Shown here piece after piece: positions 41,304 through 51,100 of a stretch of 55,902 nt of DNA. The notes beneath the pieces are model-generated. The model was not told the origin of the DNA. It searched no databases and worked only from the letters and a program-made list of their open reading frames with translations. The stretch lies in assembly GCF_001194135.2 (NCBI RefSeq), contig NC_069004.1, positions 147,935 through 203,836 of the forward strand, written 5' to 3'. Within the stretch, counting starts at the first letter, position 1. Each line of letters opens with the position of its first letter. A program made the translations under genes and the position numbers. The DNA comes from Octopus bimaculoides. Its lineage: Eukaryota.

Positions 41304-43759
41304 ATGTTTTTGTCTTTCAGATGGAGCACAAAGCGACTTTGAGCAAGTTTGCAGGTAACTCAAGTATCTCCAGCGACGACTTCTTTGGAAGGACTTCACG
41401 TGGTTCCAATTCGGATTCCGGCCAGTACTCCGGAACTGACCTCTCTGACATCAAGGAGGGAGTCCGACAAGGAGTTACTAAGGTAGCTGGCAAGTTGTCA
41501 AGCCTCGCCAATGGAGTGATGTCTTCATTACAGGTATTTGTTTGTTATGTTGTTTAATCTCAGATCAGCTCTGAGTCAGTAGATCAATAGCTTCCCAATT
41601 GACGTGAATCCTTGATGTATTTGTTCCAGTTCACTATGCACCAAGTTCTAATCTAGTCAACTTTCATCTTTTCATAAAGATAGCCATCCGTATGTCATGC
41701 TTAATGTATACACACTGTTTATAGACTAGTGATTGCAGTATTTGTCCTGAGATTGGACCTTTTCAATGGCCAACCACATGCTGAAACAAGAATTCAGCAT
41801 CTGTGATATAGGTAAAAATGAATAAAACATTCACTGATGTTGCAAATTGCTGTCCAACTGATTAAAAATCCACTTTATGCAATTGAGGCTGTAGTTAATT
41901 AAAATAGCCATCTATGTATCATATTTAACTCTTTCGTTACTGTATTTATTTTGCGATACTCTGTTTCTTTCAATTACTTTAAATGTAACAAAGAATTTAG
42001 TAAAATAACTTAGTTATCATTAAGCTAGTGTTAGGAACACATTATAACTAAGGTTTGGTGAAAGATTTTAATTCAAAACTTATGAAAGCAAGACATTTGT
42101 ACTCAGAGCTAGAACTGGTCTCAACCAGGTTGGTAACGAAAGGGTTAATGTCAATACAAAATAGTAAGCCAAGGTGATGGATTGGTAAAATTGTTGGAGC
42201 ACCAGATTATTTTGTCAGCTCTTTGTGTTCTGGAAGGTATATTTAATCTGTTGTCTGGTTTAATACATCCCCACCTGGTTCCCAGGTGCATTCAGCAGAA
42301 TCAACACTATTGCAAGCATTGAAAGCAAGTCTGTGGCCTAAGGATAACCACTTCTCACCAGTCCTAAGGGACCATTGCTAAAATAAGGAGTCATAAACAC
42401 TCTCCTTCTCTCTAAACAGTGAAATAAAACCATTATCATTCTATCATGTATTCAAGACATAAAATAGCTATGACTATATTTTCTAAAGCAGTTCTTCTCA
42501 GCCACTTCTTTGCCTATGGACCTCTTTGACTCCTATTTGACTCTACTGACCCCTCCTCCACCACACACACCTCCATGTTAAAAAAATTGTTAAAATACTT
42601 TGAAGTATAAGCAATTAATTGCTCATAAGCTTTGACGAAAAAATCTTATACGGACCCTGGTTGAGAACCACTGACCGAAAGTATCTCTCTCTTAAATTTC
42701 TTGCAACATCTGGTGTGTATTAAGCATTATAGATGTGGAAGAGTCCATTTCTGTCCAGAATAAACACAGCCAATTTCATCCTGTGAAAAAGATGCAACCT
42801 TTGAACTGAACTTGGACTGTATCAATATAAAAAATTGACTTTGGTAAGATTTGAACCCAGAAAAAATGATTTTGCTGACTCACTGCTGAAAGGTGACTTT
42901 GGTGGGATTTTAACTTGAAATATGTGGTTTTTTTTGTTGTTTGGTGCGCCAATGATTCAGCAATCAGTCTCTCATTTCATACATATAATTGTGGCTGTGT
43001 GGTAAGAAGTTTGCCCCCCCAACCACATGGTTCCAGGTTCAGCCCCCCACTGCTTGGCACTTTGGTAAAGCGTCTTCTACTATATCCTCAGGCCTTGTGA
43101 AGCTTTGTGAGTGGATTTGATAGACAGAGACTGAAAGAAGCCCATTGTATATATATGTGAGTGTGTGTATGTATGTGTTTGTCCCCCACCACCTCTTGAC
43201 AACCAGTGTTGGTGTGTTTACATCCCTGTAGCTTAGTGGTTCAGCAAAAGAGACCAATATAATAAGTACCAGGTTTAAAAAAGTAAAACAGATAAGTACT
43301 GCAGTTGATTTGTTTTACTGAAACACTTCAAGACAATGACCCAGGATGGCTAAAGTCGAATGACTGAAGCAAGTAAAAAACAGAAAAGGTGCGTCTGAAT
43401 GAGTGCAAGCTTGGTTTTTCTATTTAAGCCAATCAAGGTTTGGCATAACGACATTGATAAATTAATTAACTGGGGTTGATGTACTTGGTTAGACTCTCTC
43501 AGCAAGTTCTACAATCTGATAACCAGCAAAAGACTTAATGAACAGAAACGAAATAAATATTTATCAGTCGTACAAAATGATATGTGTTTGTATTTCTAAT
43601 CTTTGATTTCATTCCATAAAAAGCAGGTAGGAAGCAAAGTACTGTTGCATTAATGGATATAGATAAATGTCTGTTTGTAAGAATGTGTACATCCAATTTT
43701 TCTTGCTTCATGCATTTCTCATTTTTGTATCTTTTCACCAGGAAAAATACGGCAGTTGA
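3412..43759 (+). CDS. ARFGAP2: Spliced gene span: ADP-ribosylation factor GTPase-activating protein 2/3 (Glo3-type ArfGAP), 12 coding exons, 550 aa
   Basis: Manual splicing gives one open 1653-nt frame. N-terminal ArfGAP zinc finger CFDC-x16-CIDC with the catalytic Arg (HRSLG), then [29 protein letters not shown], two ISSDxFFG repeats (Glo3 motif) and a C-terminal [16 protein letters not shown], all matching recalled ARFGAP2/ARFGAP3 motifs. ARFGAP2 and ARFGAP3 are vertebrate paralogues, so this is probably a co-orthologue of both. Confidence 0.96.
5971..6187 (-). mobile_element. tRNA-derived SINE, family A, near full length
   Basis: Reverse complement starts AGGCGGCGAGCTGGCAGAATCGTTAG (A-box-like), contains GAGTTCAAATTCC (B-box), then tttgcctttcatcc...gataaa..aagta core and an (ATT)-like tail; many copies in this window. 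Confidence 0.85.
7440..7657 (-). mobile_element. SINE family A copy
   Basis: Colinear with 5971-6187 (ctgccagctcgccgc head end, ggaatttgaactc B-box). Confidence 0.8.
9345..9545 (-). mobile_element. SINE family A, degenerate copy
   Basis: ggatttgaactcagaatgtaaag and ccccagtac motifs shared with the other copies. Confidence 0.6.
9745..10205 (+). mobile_element. Tc1/mariner transposase 3' half, DD41D (rosa/Visitor-type) spacing, frameshifted
   Basis: WFQQDGA...[14 protein letters not shown] then a frameshift into [13 protein letters not shown]...; 41 residues counted between the D of QDG and the D of LDF. Confidence 0.88.
10210..10908 (+). mobile_element. 5'-truncated RTE-clade LINE (RT C-terminal region, 3' UTR, (GAT)n tail) nested in the mariner; spans an N-gap
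   Basis: ORF 10158-10581: WAVT...EASMLRWMC...[12 protein letters not shown]...GRGRPRKTW...DRDLWK, a typical RTE C-terminus; tail ccatgctagcatggaaagcggacgttaaacgatgatgatg. Confidence 0.9.
10909..10959 (+). mobile_element. Right end / TIR of the interrupted mariner, plus TA
   Basis: ttttgggacaccctg|ta is the reverse complement of TA|CAGGGTGTCCCAAAA, a typical mariner terminus. Confidence 0.75.
11687..12056 (+). mobile_element. tRNA-headed SINE family B with RTE-type 3' tail
   Basis: Head ...gtggcacct, aaagcc(t)tgtgag core, (GT)n, then ggttggcaacaggaaaggcatcc...gacccat...(GAT)n. Confidence 0.75.
14506..14870 (+). mobile_element. tRNA-derived SINE family C, full length
   Basis: GGAGGCACAATGGCCCAGTGGTTAGG (A-box TGGCCCAGTGG), GGTTTCAATTCCC (B-box), unique body, (CAA)n tail. 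Confidence 0.75.
15391..15735 (+). mobile_element. SINE family B head with alternative 3' module (taagtacc...tggggttgat...atgactgaaacaagta)
   Basis: Head gcgtaggagtggctgcatggtaagaa...ggttcagttccactg..tggcaccttgg; tail shared with 42988-43385. Confidence 0.78.
17085..17475 (+). mobile_element. Tc1-like transposase C-terminus and right terminal repeat
   Basis: [24 protein letters not shown]...[22 protein letters not shown]; downstream ggggtgtacatacttctgtgag resembles Tc1 right TIRs. Confidence 0.8.
18012..18614. mobile_element. Non-autonomous DNA transposon (MITE-like), 39-bp TIRs, internal telomeric-repeat palindrome
   Basis: 18012-18050 and 18576-18614 are inverted repeats with 1 mismatch; flanked by ATCA on both sides (candidate 4-bp TSD); second perfect 20-bp IR pair at 18179-18198 / 18432-18451. 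Confidence 0.88.
18305..18372. repeat. Interstitial telomere-like repeats: (TAACCC)4 TAAC followed by GTTA (GGGTTA)~6
   Basis: Read directly from sequence. Confidence 0.95.
19006..19197 (+). CDS. ARFGAP2: ArfGAP2/3 exon 2, zinc finger ([64 protein letters not shown])
   Basis: Poly-T tract then ttcag| acceptor; gcg|gtgagt donor; 192 nt; canonical ArfGAP domain. Confidence 0.97.
19944..20130 (+). mobile_element. SINE family A copy with internal deletion
   Basis: gagctgacagaatcattagc head, tttgcctttcatcc core, aaattgctggcctt end. Confidence 0.7.
20675..21182 (+). mobile_element. RTE LINE 3' end (…KTRQAK* plus full 3' UTR plus (GAT)n)
   Basis: aaaagacccggcaagccaagtga; 3' UTR colinear with 10684-10908. 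Confidence 0.82.
21275..21406 (+). CDS. ARFGAP2: ArfGAP2/3 exon 3 ([44 protein letters not shown])
   Basis: acag| acceptor, aag|gtaata donor; 132 nt; FFRQHGC...KY.SRAA.LYRE motif. Confidence 0.96.
22311..22515 (+). CDS. ARFGAP2: ArfGAP2/3 exon 4 ([26 protein letters not shown]...KLDTDT), ends phase 1
   Basis: ttcttag| acceptor, a|gtaagt donor; 205 nt; DFF motif; frame joins exon 5. Confidence 0.9.
23576..23685 (+). CDS. ARFGAP2: ArfGAP2/3 exon 5 ([37 protein letters not shown])
   Basis: tttag| acceptor, ggg|gtatgt donor; 110 nt, phase 1 to 0; EGPNVD and basic KK motifs. Confidence 0.92.
24045..24457 (+). mobile_element. Two tandem SINE family A copies (24045-24240, 24243-24457)
   Basis: aaggcagcgagctggcagaa head; both end ccttgtgccaaa.tttgaaaccat plus a simple-repeat tail. 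Confidence 0.75.
24655..24925 (-). mobile_element. RTE LINE 3' UTR fragment
   Basis: (CAT)n followed by ttttccatgttggcatgggttggac...acagctggatgccctt. Confidence 0.75.
25430..25575 (+). CDS. ARFGAP2: ArfGAP2/3 exon 6 ([48 protein letters not shown])
   Basis: ttgtag| acceptor, at|gtaagg donor; 146 nt, phase 0 to 2; GLGAQ and F.EIE..AQ motifs. Confidence 0.95.
25694..25900. mobile_element. piggyBac-like MITE family P1 (inverted relative to 41929-42144)
   Basis: ttaa|cgcttttg...gtgacaaaaggg|ttca; body similar to the reverse complement of 41929-42144. Confidence 0.6.
26315..26519. mobile_element. piggyBac-like MITE family P2
   Basis: tcaa|CCCTTTAGCATT ... AATGCTAAAGGG|ttaa: perfect 12-bp TIR and a TTAA-like TSD. 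Confidence 0.8.
27791..27919 (+). CDS. ARFGAP2: ArfGAP2/3 exon 7 ([43 protein letters not shown])
   Basis: ttcag| acceptor, cg|gtgagt donor; 129 nt, phase 2 to 2. Confidence 0.96.
28014..28420 (+). mobile_element. SINE family B with RTE-type 3' tail
   Basis: Head gactgtgtggttaagaag...gcagcaccttaggcaagtgtct; tail acccatgcaagcatggaaatgtggacattaaatgatgatg. Confidence 0.8.
28614..28781 (+). CDS. ARFGAP2: ArfGAP2/3 exon 8 ([21 protein letters not shown]...[17 protein letters not shown])
   Basis: ttacag| acceptor, aa|gtaatt donor; 168 nt, phase 2 to 2; VSHS..SDM..I.QETP motif. Confidence 0.94.
29060..29256. mobile_element. piggyBac-like MITE family P2, inverted degenerate copy (another at ~12330-12558)
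   Basis: Ends ctgaatgctgaagggg; body resembles the reverse complement of 26315-26519. Confidence 0.6.
29438..31046 (-). mobile_element. Internally deleted Ty3/Gypsy LTR retrotransposon relic
   Basis: About 205-bp direct repeats at 29438-29646 and 30841-31046. The minus strand encodes gag (NVFEYITDC...[19 protein letters not shown]...[17 protein letters not shown]), a knuckle remnant ([14 protein letters not shown]), an RNase H end ([23 protein letters not shown]) and an integrase zinc finger (LCHPG...LHF..SKNLPFS..EIK....CPAC). Confidence 0.85.
30571..30752. mobile_element. hAT (Charlie-like) MITE inserted in Gypsy gag
   Basis: CAGTGGTTCTC...GGGAACCACTG termini; 8-bp TSD cactatat / cactacat; the gag frame rejoins when it is removed. 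Confidence 0.85.
31330..31680 (+). mobile_element. SINE family B with RTE-type tail, degenerate
   Basis: tgtggtgaagaagtttacttcccaacc head; ggaaactgaaagaagccc core; atggaaaagtggatgttaaa end. Confidence 0.7.
35120..35143 (+). CDS. Candidate 24-nt alternative microexon of ArfGAP2/3 (inserts LLSRQHVK)
   Basis: Long U-rich tract, tandem acceptor cctag-atag|, strong donor aa|gtgagt; symmetric phase 2-2 and stop-free. No transcript evidence available. Confidence 0.45.
36717..37050 (-). mobile_element. RTE LINE 3' UTR fragment with (CAT)n tail
   Basis: acagctggatgctcttcc motif twice; accaaccacccagcagagtg; colinear with the other RTE tails. Confidence 0.7.
38700..38852 (+). CDS. ARFGAP2: ArfGAP2/3 exon 9 ([51 protein letters not shown])
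   Basis: cctgcag| acceptor, aa|gtaagt donor; 153 nt, phase 2 to 2; aligns loosely to vertebrate KYKDNPFS...W. Confidence 0.88.
39985..40190 (+). mobile_element. SINE family A copy
   Basis: agttcaaat B-box, cctttcatccttctggggtcaataaaataagta..agttgagcactggggtc core, ggccttgtgccaaaatttgaaacc end. Confidence 0.78.
40674..40788 (+). CDS. ARFGAP2: ArfGAP2/3 exon 10 ([39 protein letters not shown])
   Basis: ttgtag| acceptor, gcg|gtatgt donor; 115 nt; first AKSISSDxFFG repeat. Confidence 0.95.
41321..41533 (+). CDS. ARFGAP2: ArfGAP2/3 exon 11 ([23 protein letters not shown]...[17 protein letters not shown])
   Basis: ctttcag| acceptor, cag|gtattt donor; 213 nt; second ISSDxFFG repeat and C-terminal amphipathic helix. 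Confidence 0.96.
41929..42144. mobile_element. piggyBac-like MITE family P1
   Basis: TTAA|ctctttcgttac ... gtaacgaaaggg|TTAA: 12-bp TIR with 1 mismatch and a perfect TTAA TSD. Confidence 0.85.
42988..43385 (+). mobile_element. SINE family B head with alternative 3' module
   Basis: gtggctgtgtggtaagaagtttgc...aaccacatggttccaggttcag; tail aataagtacc...aatgactgaagcaagtaaaa. Confidence 0.8.
43742..43759 (+). CDS. ARFGAP2: ArfGAP2/3 terminal exon 12 coding part (EKYGS*)
   Basis: Pyrimidine tract then caccag| gaa aaa tac ggc agt tga; parallels vertebrate DRYGSY*. Confidence 0.88.
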   Translation, partial: EKYGS

Positions 43760-43816
43760 TGTCTCACGTTTGTCTACACTTGATTGGCCTCTGTCATCCT
43801 AGAATTCCCTTTTCTG

Positions 43817-43849
<33 letters not shown>

Positions 43850-44405
43850 GCTCTTGAGTCTGACAACATTACAATATTTTCATCCTCCAAAAAAATGTAA
43901 AAAAAAAAACAAAAAACCTGTTGCTACTACAAAACAAAATAAAACAAAACAAACCAATTGGTGCAAAATATATTTCTCCAATTTCCTACCCTATCCCCAC
44001 CCCCACAGTCCACTCCCCATTCTCTTTACTACCACCCAACTTCTAGACTGCTTGGAGTGCNNNNNNNNNNNNNNNNNNNNNNNNNNNNNNNNNNNNNNNN
44101 NNNNNNNNNNNNNNNNNNNNNNNNNNNNNNNNNNNNNNNNNNNNNNNNNNNNNNNNNNNNNNNNNNNNNNNNNNNNNNNNNNNNNNNNNNNNNNNNNNNN
44201 NNNNNNNNNNNNNNNNNNNNNNNNNNNNNNNNNNNNNNNNNNNNNNNNNNNNNNNNNNNNNNNNNNNNNNNNNNNNNNNNNNNNNNNNNNNNNNNNNNNN
44301 NNNNNNNNNNNNNNNNNNNNNNNNNNNNNNNNNNNNNNNNNNNNNNNNNNNNNNNNNNNNNNNNNNNNNNNNNNNNNNNNNNNNNNNNNNNNNNNNNNNN
44401 NNNNN

Positions 44406-44460
<55 letters not shown>

Positions 44461-44705
44461 TCATTACTCGTTTCAATCCATATCCCAATTGTAATCAAGA
44501 CTAAATGTCAATGACCCAACTAGATTTTGCTGCTCCTCCGTAGAACATGACGACAGTGTGCTGCTGTGTGCCTGTGTATCAAGAGCCACTCATAAATAAG
44601 TCAACAAGTTCACCTCTTGGCTGCACTCAGGGTGGACAGTGTCCACTCGGTTTAAGAAACACTTTTCTATCTACAGCAAAAACATGATGTCTCATAAATT
44701 GTTAC

Positions 44706-44841
44706 TTAACAATGTGTGTAGAATGTGGTACACTTGTGTGTACATGCATATATGTGTGTGTATATTTGTGGGTATGTATATATATGTGTGTGTGTTATAT
44801 ATGTATGTATGTATGTATATATATATATATATGTATGTATG

Positions 44842-44904
<63 letters not shown>

Positions 44905-45079
44905 ATNNNNNNNNNNNNNNNNNNNNNNNNNNNNNNNNNNNNNNNNNNNNNNNNNNNNNNNNNNNNNNNNNNNNNNNNNNNNNNNNNNNNNNNNNNNNNN
45001 NNNNNNNNNNNNNNNNNNNNNNNNNNNNNNNNNNNNNNNNNNNNNNNNNNNNNNNNNNNNNNNNNNNNNNNNNNNNNNN

Positions 45080-45123
<44 letters not shown>

Positions 45124-45135
45124 TGTGTGTATATG
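44706..45135. repeat. Compound (TA)n/(TATG)n microsatellite spanning an N-gap
   Basis: Read directly; one of many (TA)n, (CA)n, (CT)n, (CAT)n and (TAT)n tracts (e.g. 5159-5214, 32745-32787, 34855-34892, 38884-38943, 40907-40950). Confidence 0.95.
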
Positions 45136-46167
45136 TACAAGTGAGATATATACACATATGGCTATTGTTGAGGTAATTGTTCAGACCATGGCCACCACCT
45201 GTTGGTTTGCTTCCAGGAATTATTGCAGTATGCCGCACTATGATCCTTGCTTTAATTGTCCTCTCATTATTTGTTTATTTGCAAGAGACATAATCGTAAT
45301 GTTTAAAAGTATATATTAAAAAACTCAGTTTTACAGACTGCAAATTGCAGTGTGTATGTATGTGTGTTGTACATGCTTGTATATATTTGCGTGTGTCTAT
45401 ATGTATGCATATACTTGTGTATATATATATATACATACAGACACACACTCAAACATGACAGTTGTCAAAGTGACTGTAGAGCAATGTGAGAGGAAGTGTC
45501 TTGCTCAAGAACGCAACACATTGCCTGATCCAGAAATTGAAACAGCAATCTTACAATTGTGAGTGCAACACACTAACCACAAGGCCATGTGCCCTCACAT
45601 ATATATACACATTTATCTGTGTGTGTGCTTATGATGTATGTGTCTTGTTTTGTTCTCAAAGAAATGAAAGTTGCACTCAATACCTGTTGTGTCGTGTAAT
45701 TATTGTCCTCACCTCATTCTTCTGTCAGTGTTCAGTTTTCCATTCTTCACATTTGTTCAGGTGACACATTTATTTTCCCTATTCTAAAAAAATTGGGGAC
45801 ACACACAGTGTGTACATATAACACTTTTCTTTTCTCTCCTTCCTCTCCCCCACCCCACATTTTCTACCTGCTTTACTTTCCTCTTTTCTCCCATGACCAT
45901 CAGCAAATTTCAATTTACTTATATATATATGTGTATATATATATATATATAAAAAACCAAAATTCCTCTTTTCTTTGATTTTTGTTTTGCTTTTGTTATA
46001 TTTCTCTTTCAATTCCAAAGCTCACTGTTTGGCACTGTTGCAAAGAATCCTTCCTACCTTGTTGAAGAATTTCTGAAACTACCCCCATCCCATGTATGCA
46101 TGTAACTGAGAGAGTCTGTATGAGTGCATATATAAATCAAATTATAAACCACCCACAAAATAGGAAC

Positions 46168-46204
<37 letters not shown>

Positions 46205-46459
46205 CTTTTTGTATAATAGTTATTATTTTAATTCAAAATGGCTTTATACAGGTTTCATTACTAAAGTGCATGTGTGGGATATGTATGCCTGAATGTGTGT
46301 GTATATAATATATATACATATATAGACATACATATTTAAGTTGTTTAATGACAATTGTTATTACCTATCTTTCTCATTACTATCCTCCTGTCTACTCCCT
46401 CTTATATATATATATATATAAATAAATATGTATATATATATGTATATATCTTAAATAAG

Positions 46460-46650
46460 GTGGGTATGAATGTGGTCACTTGACTTGCTAGAAGTAACTG
46501 CTAAATTGCACCCTACAATCTTATAAAGGAAGAACACATTGGCTAATGTTGTCTTGGCTACAGTTTTGAAGAAGATAGCGTATCCATAGCTGAAATATTT
46601 TTGATTGTAGGTCTTCTCGGTCAGAGCTGACCTGGGGCTAAACAACAACA
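46460..46650 (+). mobile_element. (CAA)n-tailed dispersed repeat family D (related copies ~4440-4650, ~7145-7330 rc, ~14015-14250 rc, ~34090-34330)
   Basis: Shared gctagaaatagcagccaa and ggtc(t/a)gct..gatc...ggggctaaacaacaaca motifs; class not determined. Confidence 0.55.
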
Positions 46651-48178
46651 TACATATGTCTCTCTCTCTCTCTCTCTACAATCTATCTGTCTTTCCTCCT
46701 TTCTTTCTTGGTCTATTTTTTTTTCCATTATCTTTCTCCTCTCTCTCTCTCTCTCTCCTTCGATTAAAGATAAAAAGAATGAAATACTTTAAGAATATGG
46801 AGGTAGGTACAAAAAATAACCCTCAAAATAAAAATATAAAAACACTATCACCACCTCCCCAAGAAACAAAAATGAATTTGATACATTTTCCTTGCTGGAA
46901 ATAATCAACTGGAATTGTTACCATCCTATTGAATGGAATCTGGGACATTTTCCTTTCTCATGTACAGGATTAACATTGGATCAGTGAAAAGAAAAAAAAA
47001 AGAGAAACAAATTAAATAAATTACAAAGAAATGAAAATAATTCGTTTTTATATATTTTATTTTTTTGTATAATGAACTGAATTAGTTTCAAATAGTTAAC
47101 GCTTTGTATTTTAATTGTATAATTTTACTATTCGTTTTTGTTCTTTAGCATAATAATAATACTATATATATCATTTAAAAATTTTATTTTGTGGGGGAGA
47201 TTTCCTTTTTTCCTTATTTTTGTTCTTATTTTCATTATAGAGTTTTTTTTTTTTTTAATTGTTTCATTTTAAATATATCACAGATTAATTTCTTGTGTTC
47301 TTCTGCCGCTGGAAGTTTACTTTCACTGATATTTTGTAATTCTTGATGCTAGTCACAAAAAGTAAAAAAAAAAAGACATGTTAATTCTTGTCAAAGCTCA
47401 AATTATAATACAGCCACAAATATTTTGTTGAAACTTTGTAAAGTATAGTAGTTGTTTGCAAGGGAAGGTGGGGTGGGGGCAGTGGCAGTGACATCTTATG
47501 GTGTCAACACTATGCAATTCTTGCTGGTGAGAAATTTGAAAGATCGCTTTGGTCCAATGGTAGACCATCCGTCATATTTGAAGTCCCATGGACAGCCTTG
47601 AACTTCTACCCAAAAAAAGGGTTTATATGCTATTATTTGAGCTTTATGAGTTTGAAAGAACTGCAGTGTGGCATTTGCCCAGTTCTGGAACCATTTAGCC
47701 AGCTTGCCACCAAAAGCGGTCAATTTTCTGTTGTGAATTCAGAATGATGAAAGGCGAGATGCTGTGAAACAAACCCAAGATGGACAACAATGATATTGTG
47801 CTGCCAGCTGTGTAGCCGTAAAAGATAAATAAACCATTATAATCGCGACTGAGGAATTGGGATCAATTAATTTCATTGTTCTGTGAACTCGACTAAATTA
47901 TAAACAATGTTAAAAATATATCTTACCTTTTAATTTGTTGTTAATCCTTTCAAGGGATTCCATAAGTCGTTGTTCTTCGAGAGATAATATTGTTGGACCT
48001 ATAACGTAGCAAAAAAAAAAAAAAAAAAAATTTTATATTCACATATTTACAAGAGCCAACCTCTGCATAGTCATTCAACCTGCTAGAAATAGCAGCCAAC
48101 TTATATATGATGGTTTATGGTGGGCACATGGAAGATGGGTGCTCAATACATGTAGAGAATATATTTTTTTTTAAACTG

Positions 48179-51100
48179 GAACGAATGTACGTACGTATGT
48201 ACATACGTACGAAAGAACGAACGAACAAACGAACGAAAGTATGTACATACATCCGTACGAAGGAACGAAATGAAGGGCCGAACGGACGAAAGAACGAACA
48301 CAAGAACAATGAACGTACGTACGTTCGTTCGTTCGTTCGTATGTACGTAGATACGTACGTACGTAAGTTCGTTCGTTCGTTCGTACGCACGTACGCATGT
48401 TTGTTCGTACGAACGTTCGTTCATACTTATGTTCGTACGTTCTTTCGTTCGTTCATACGGACATACGCACGTTCGTACCTTCATTTCGCTCCTTCGTTCG
48501 CTCGTACGTACGTACGATCGTAAGTTCGTTCATTCGTTCGTAGGTACGCACATTCGTTTCACTCGTTCCTATGTTCATTCGTTCGTTTTTTCGTACGTAC
48601 CATCGTTCCCTCGTACGTTCATTTGTTTGTTCGTTCGTTGTTTCGTTCGATCATTCGTTCGTTCGTTCTTACGTATGTACGTTCTTTCGTTATTTCCTGT
48701 CTACGTAATACGTACGTAAGTTCGTTCGTAAGGACGTACGTTCGATCTTTCGTTTGTTCTTACGTACGTACGTTCTTTCGTTATTTCCTGCCTACGAAAT
48801 ACGTACGTACGTTCGTTCGTACGTTTGTTAGGTCGTTCGTACTTTCGTTCATACGTACGCACGTACGAATGATCGAACGTACGAACGAAAAAATGAACGA
48901 TCAAACGTACGAACGAAATAAACGATCGAACGAACGAACGGACGTACGTACCTACGTACGAAGGAAGGAACGAACGTACGTAAGTACGAACAAACGATCG
49001 AAAAAAGGAACGAACGAACAAACTAACAAAGGAACGCGCGAACGAACGAATGTACATACGAACGAATGAACGAACAAAGGAACGAAAGAACGAACATNNN
49101 NNNNNNNNNNNNNNNNNNNNNNNNNNNNNNNNNNNNNNNNNNNNNNNNNNNNNNNNNNNNNNNNNNNNNNNNNNNNNNNNNNNNNNNNNNNNNNNNNCGC
49201 TCGTTCATTCATTCTTACGTAGGGACGTATGTACATGCTTTCGCTCGATCGTACGCACCTACATTCGTTTGTTCGTTCGTTCTTTCGATCATCTGGTCGT
49301 TTATTCGTACGTATGTACGTACGGACATATGTACGTTCGTACGTTCGCTCGTTCTTTCTTTCGATCGTTCGTACGTATGTTTATTCGTTTGTTCGGTCGT
49401 TCGTACGTTCGATCGTTCGTTCGTACTTACGTTCGTTCTTTAGTTCGTCAGTTCCTTTGGTACTTTAGTTCGTCAGTTCCTTTCGTACTTTCGTTCGTTC
49501 GATCATTCGTACGTATGTACGCAAGTTCGTTCGTACGTACGTACGTTCGTTCGTTCTTTCATAAAAACGTACGTATGTCCGAACGTTAGTACGTTCGTTC
49601 ATACGTACGTAATTACGTACGCACGTTCTTTCTTTCGTTCGTTCATTTGTATGTACGTACGTACTGGTGTTATTTCGTTCGTTCATACGTACGTACGATC
49701 GTTCGCAGGCTCGATCGCTCGTACGTACGGATGTATGTACGTATGTTNNNNNNNNNNNNNNNNNNNNNNNNNNNNNNNNNNNNNNNNNNNNNNNNNNNNN
49801 NNNNNNNNNNNNNNNNNNNNNNNNNNNNNNNNNNNNNNNNNNNNNNNNNNNNNNNNNNNNNNNNNACGTTCGCTCGTTCTTTCTTTCGATCGTTCGTACG
49901 TATGTTTATTCGTTTGTTCGGTCGTTCGTACGTTCGATCGTTCGTTCGTACTTACGTTCGTTCTTTAGTTCGTCAGTTCCTTTGGTACTTTAGTTCGTCA
50001 GTTCCTTTCGTACTTTCGTTCGTTCGATCATTCGTACGTATGTACGCAAGTTCGTTCGTACGTACGTACGTTCATTCGTACGTAGGTTTGTTTGAACGAA
50101 CGATCGAACGAAGGAATGAACAAAGAACGAACAAACGAACGGACGTACGTACCTACGTACGAAGGAGCGAACGAACAAACGAACGAACGAACGTACGTAC
50201 ATACGATCGAACAAAGGAACGAACAAAAGAAAGAACGAACGAAGAAACTAACAAACGAACGCACATAGTTACGAACGTACCTACGTACGTACGAATGAAC
50301 GAACAAATGAACGAAAGCATGTACAGAGGTCCGTACGTACGAACGAAGGAACGAAATGAAGGAACGAAAAAACGTACGTACATATGTCCGTACGTACATA
50401 CGTACGAATGAACGACCAAATGAACGAACGAATGTACGTACGTACGAACGAACGACCGAAAGAACGACGTACCTACGAACGAACGAACGATCGAATGAAC
50501 GACAGAACGAACGAACATATGTACGTATGAACGAACGTACGTTCGTTTATTCGTACGTTCCTTCATTTCGTTCTTTCTTTAGTACGAACTAACGAAAGAA
50601 TAAACGAACGAACGCACGTACATACCTCCGTACGTACGAACGAATGAACGAGCGAACGTACGAATGAAGAAACGAAATGAAAGAAAGAACGAACGTACAT
50701 ATGTCCGTACGTACATACGTACGAATAACGACCAAACGGAAGAACGAACGTACGTACGTTCATTCGTCAGTTCGTTCGTACATTCTGTCGTTCGTACATA
50801 CGTACGTTCGTTCGTTCATTTGGTCGTTCATACGTACGCACGTGCGTTCGTTCGTACGTAGGTACGTACGTAAGTTTGTTCGTTCTTTGTTCATTCCTTC
50901 GTTCGATCGTTCGTTCAAACAAACCTACGTACGAATGAACGTACATACGTACGAACGAACGAAAGTACGATCGTACGTACGAACGAACAAAGGAACGAGT
51001 GAAACGAAAGAACGAACGAATGTACGTACGTAAATACGTACGTGCGAACGAACATACCTACGTACGAACAAACGAACGAAAGCATGTACATACATCCGTG

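Noticed and set aside
43854-45319. Long ORFs of 139-226 aa
   Set aside because: Made of N-runs and (GT)n/(TA)n microsatellites.
47496-47723. Minus-strand ORF (…TAFGGKLAKWFQNW…) as the last exon of a convergent gene
   Set aside because: No recognisable homology and a weak acceptor; the opposite strand looks more like a decayed transposase. Not fully excluded without BLAST.
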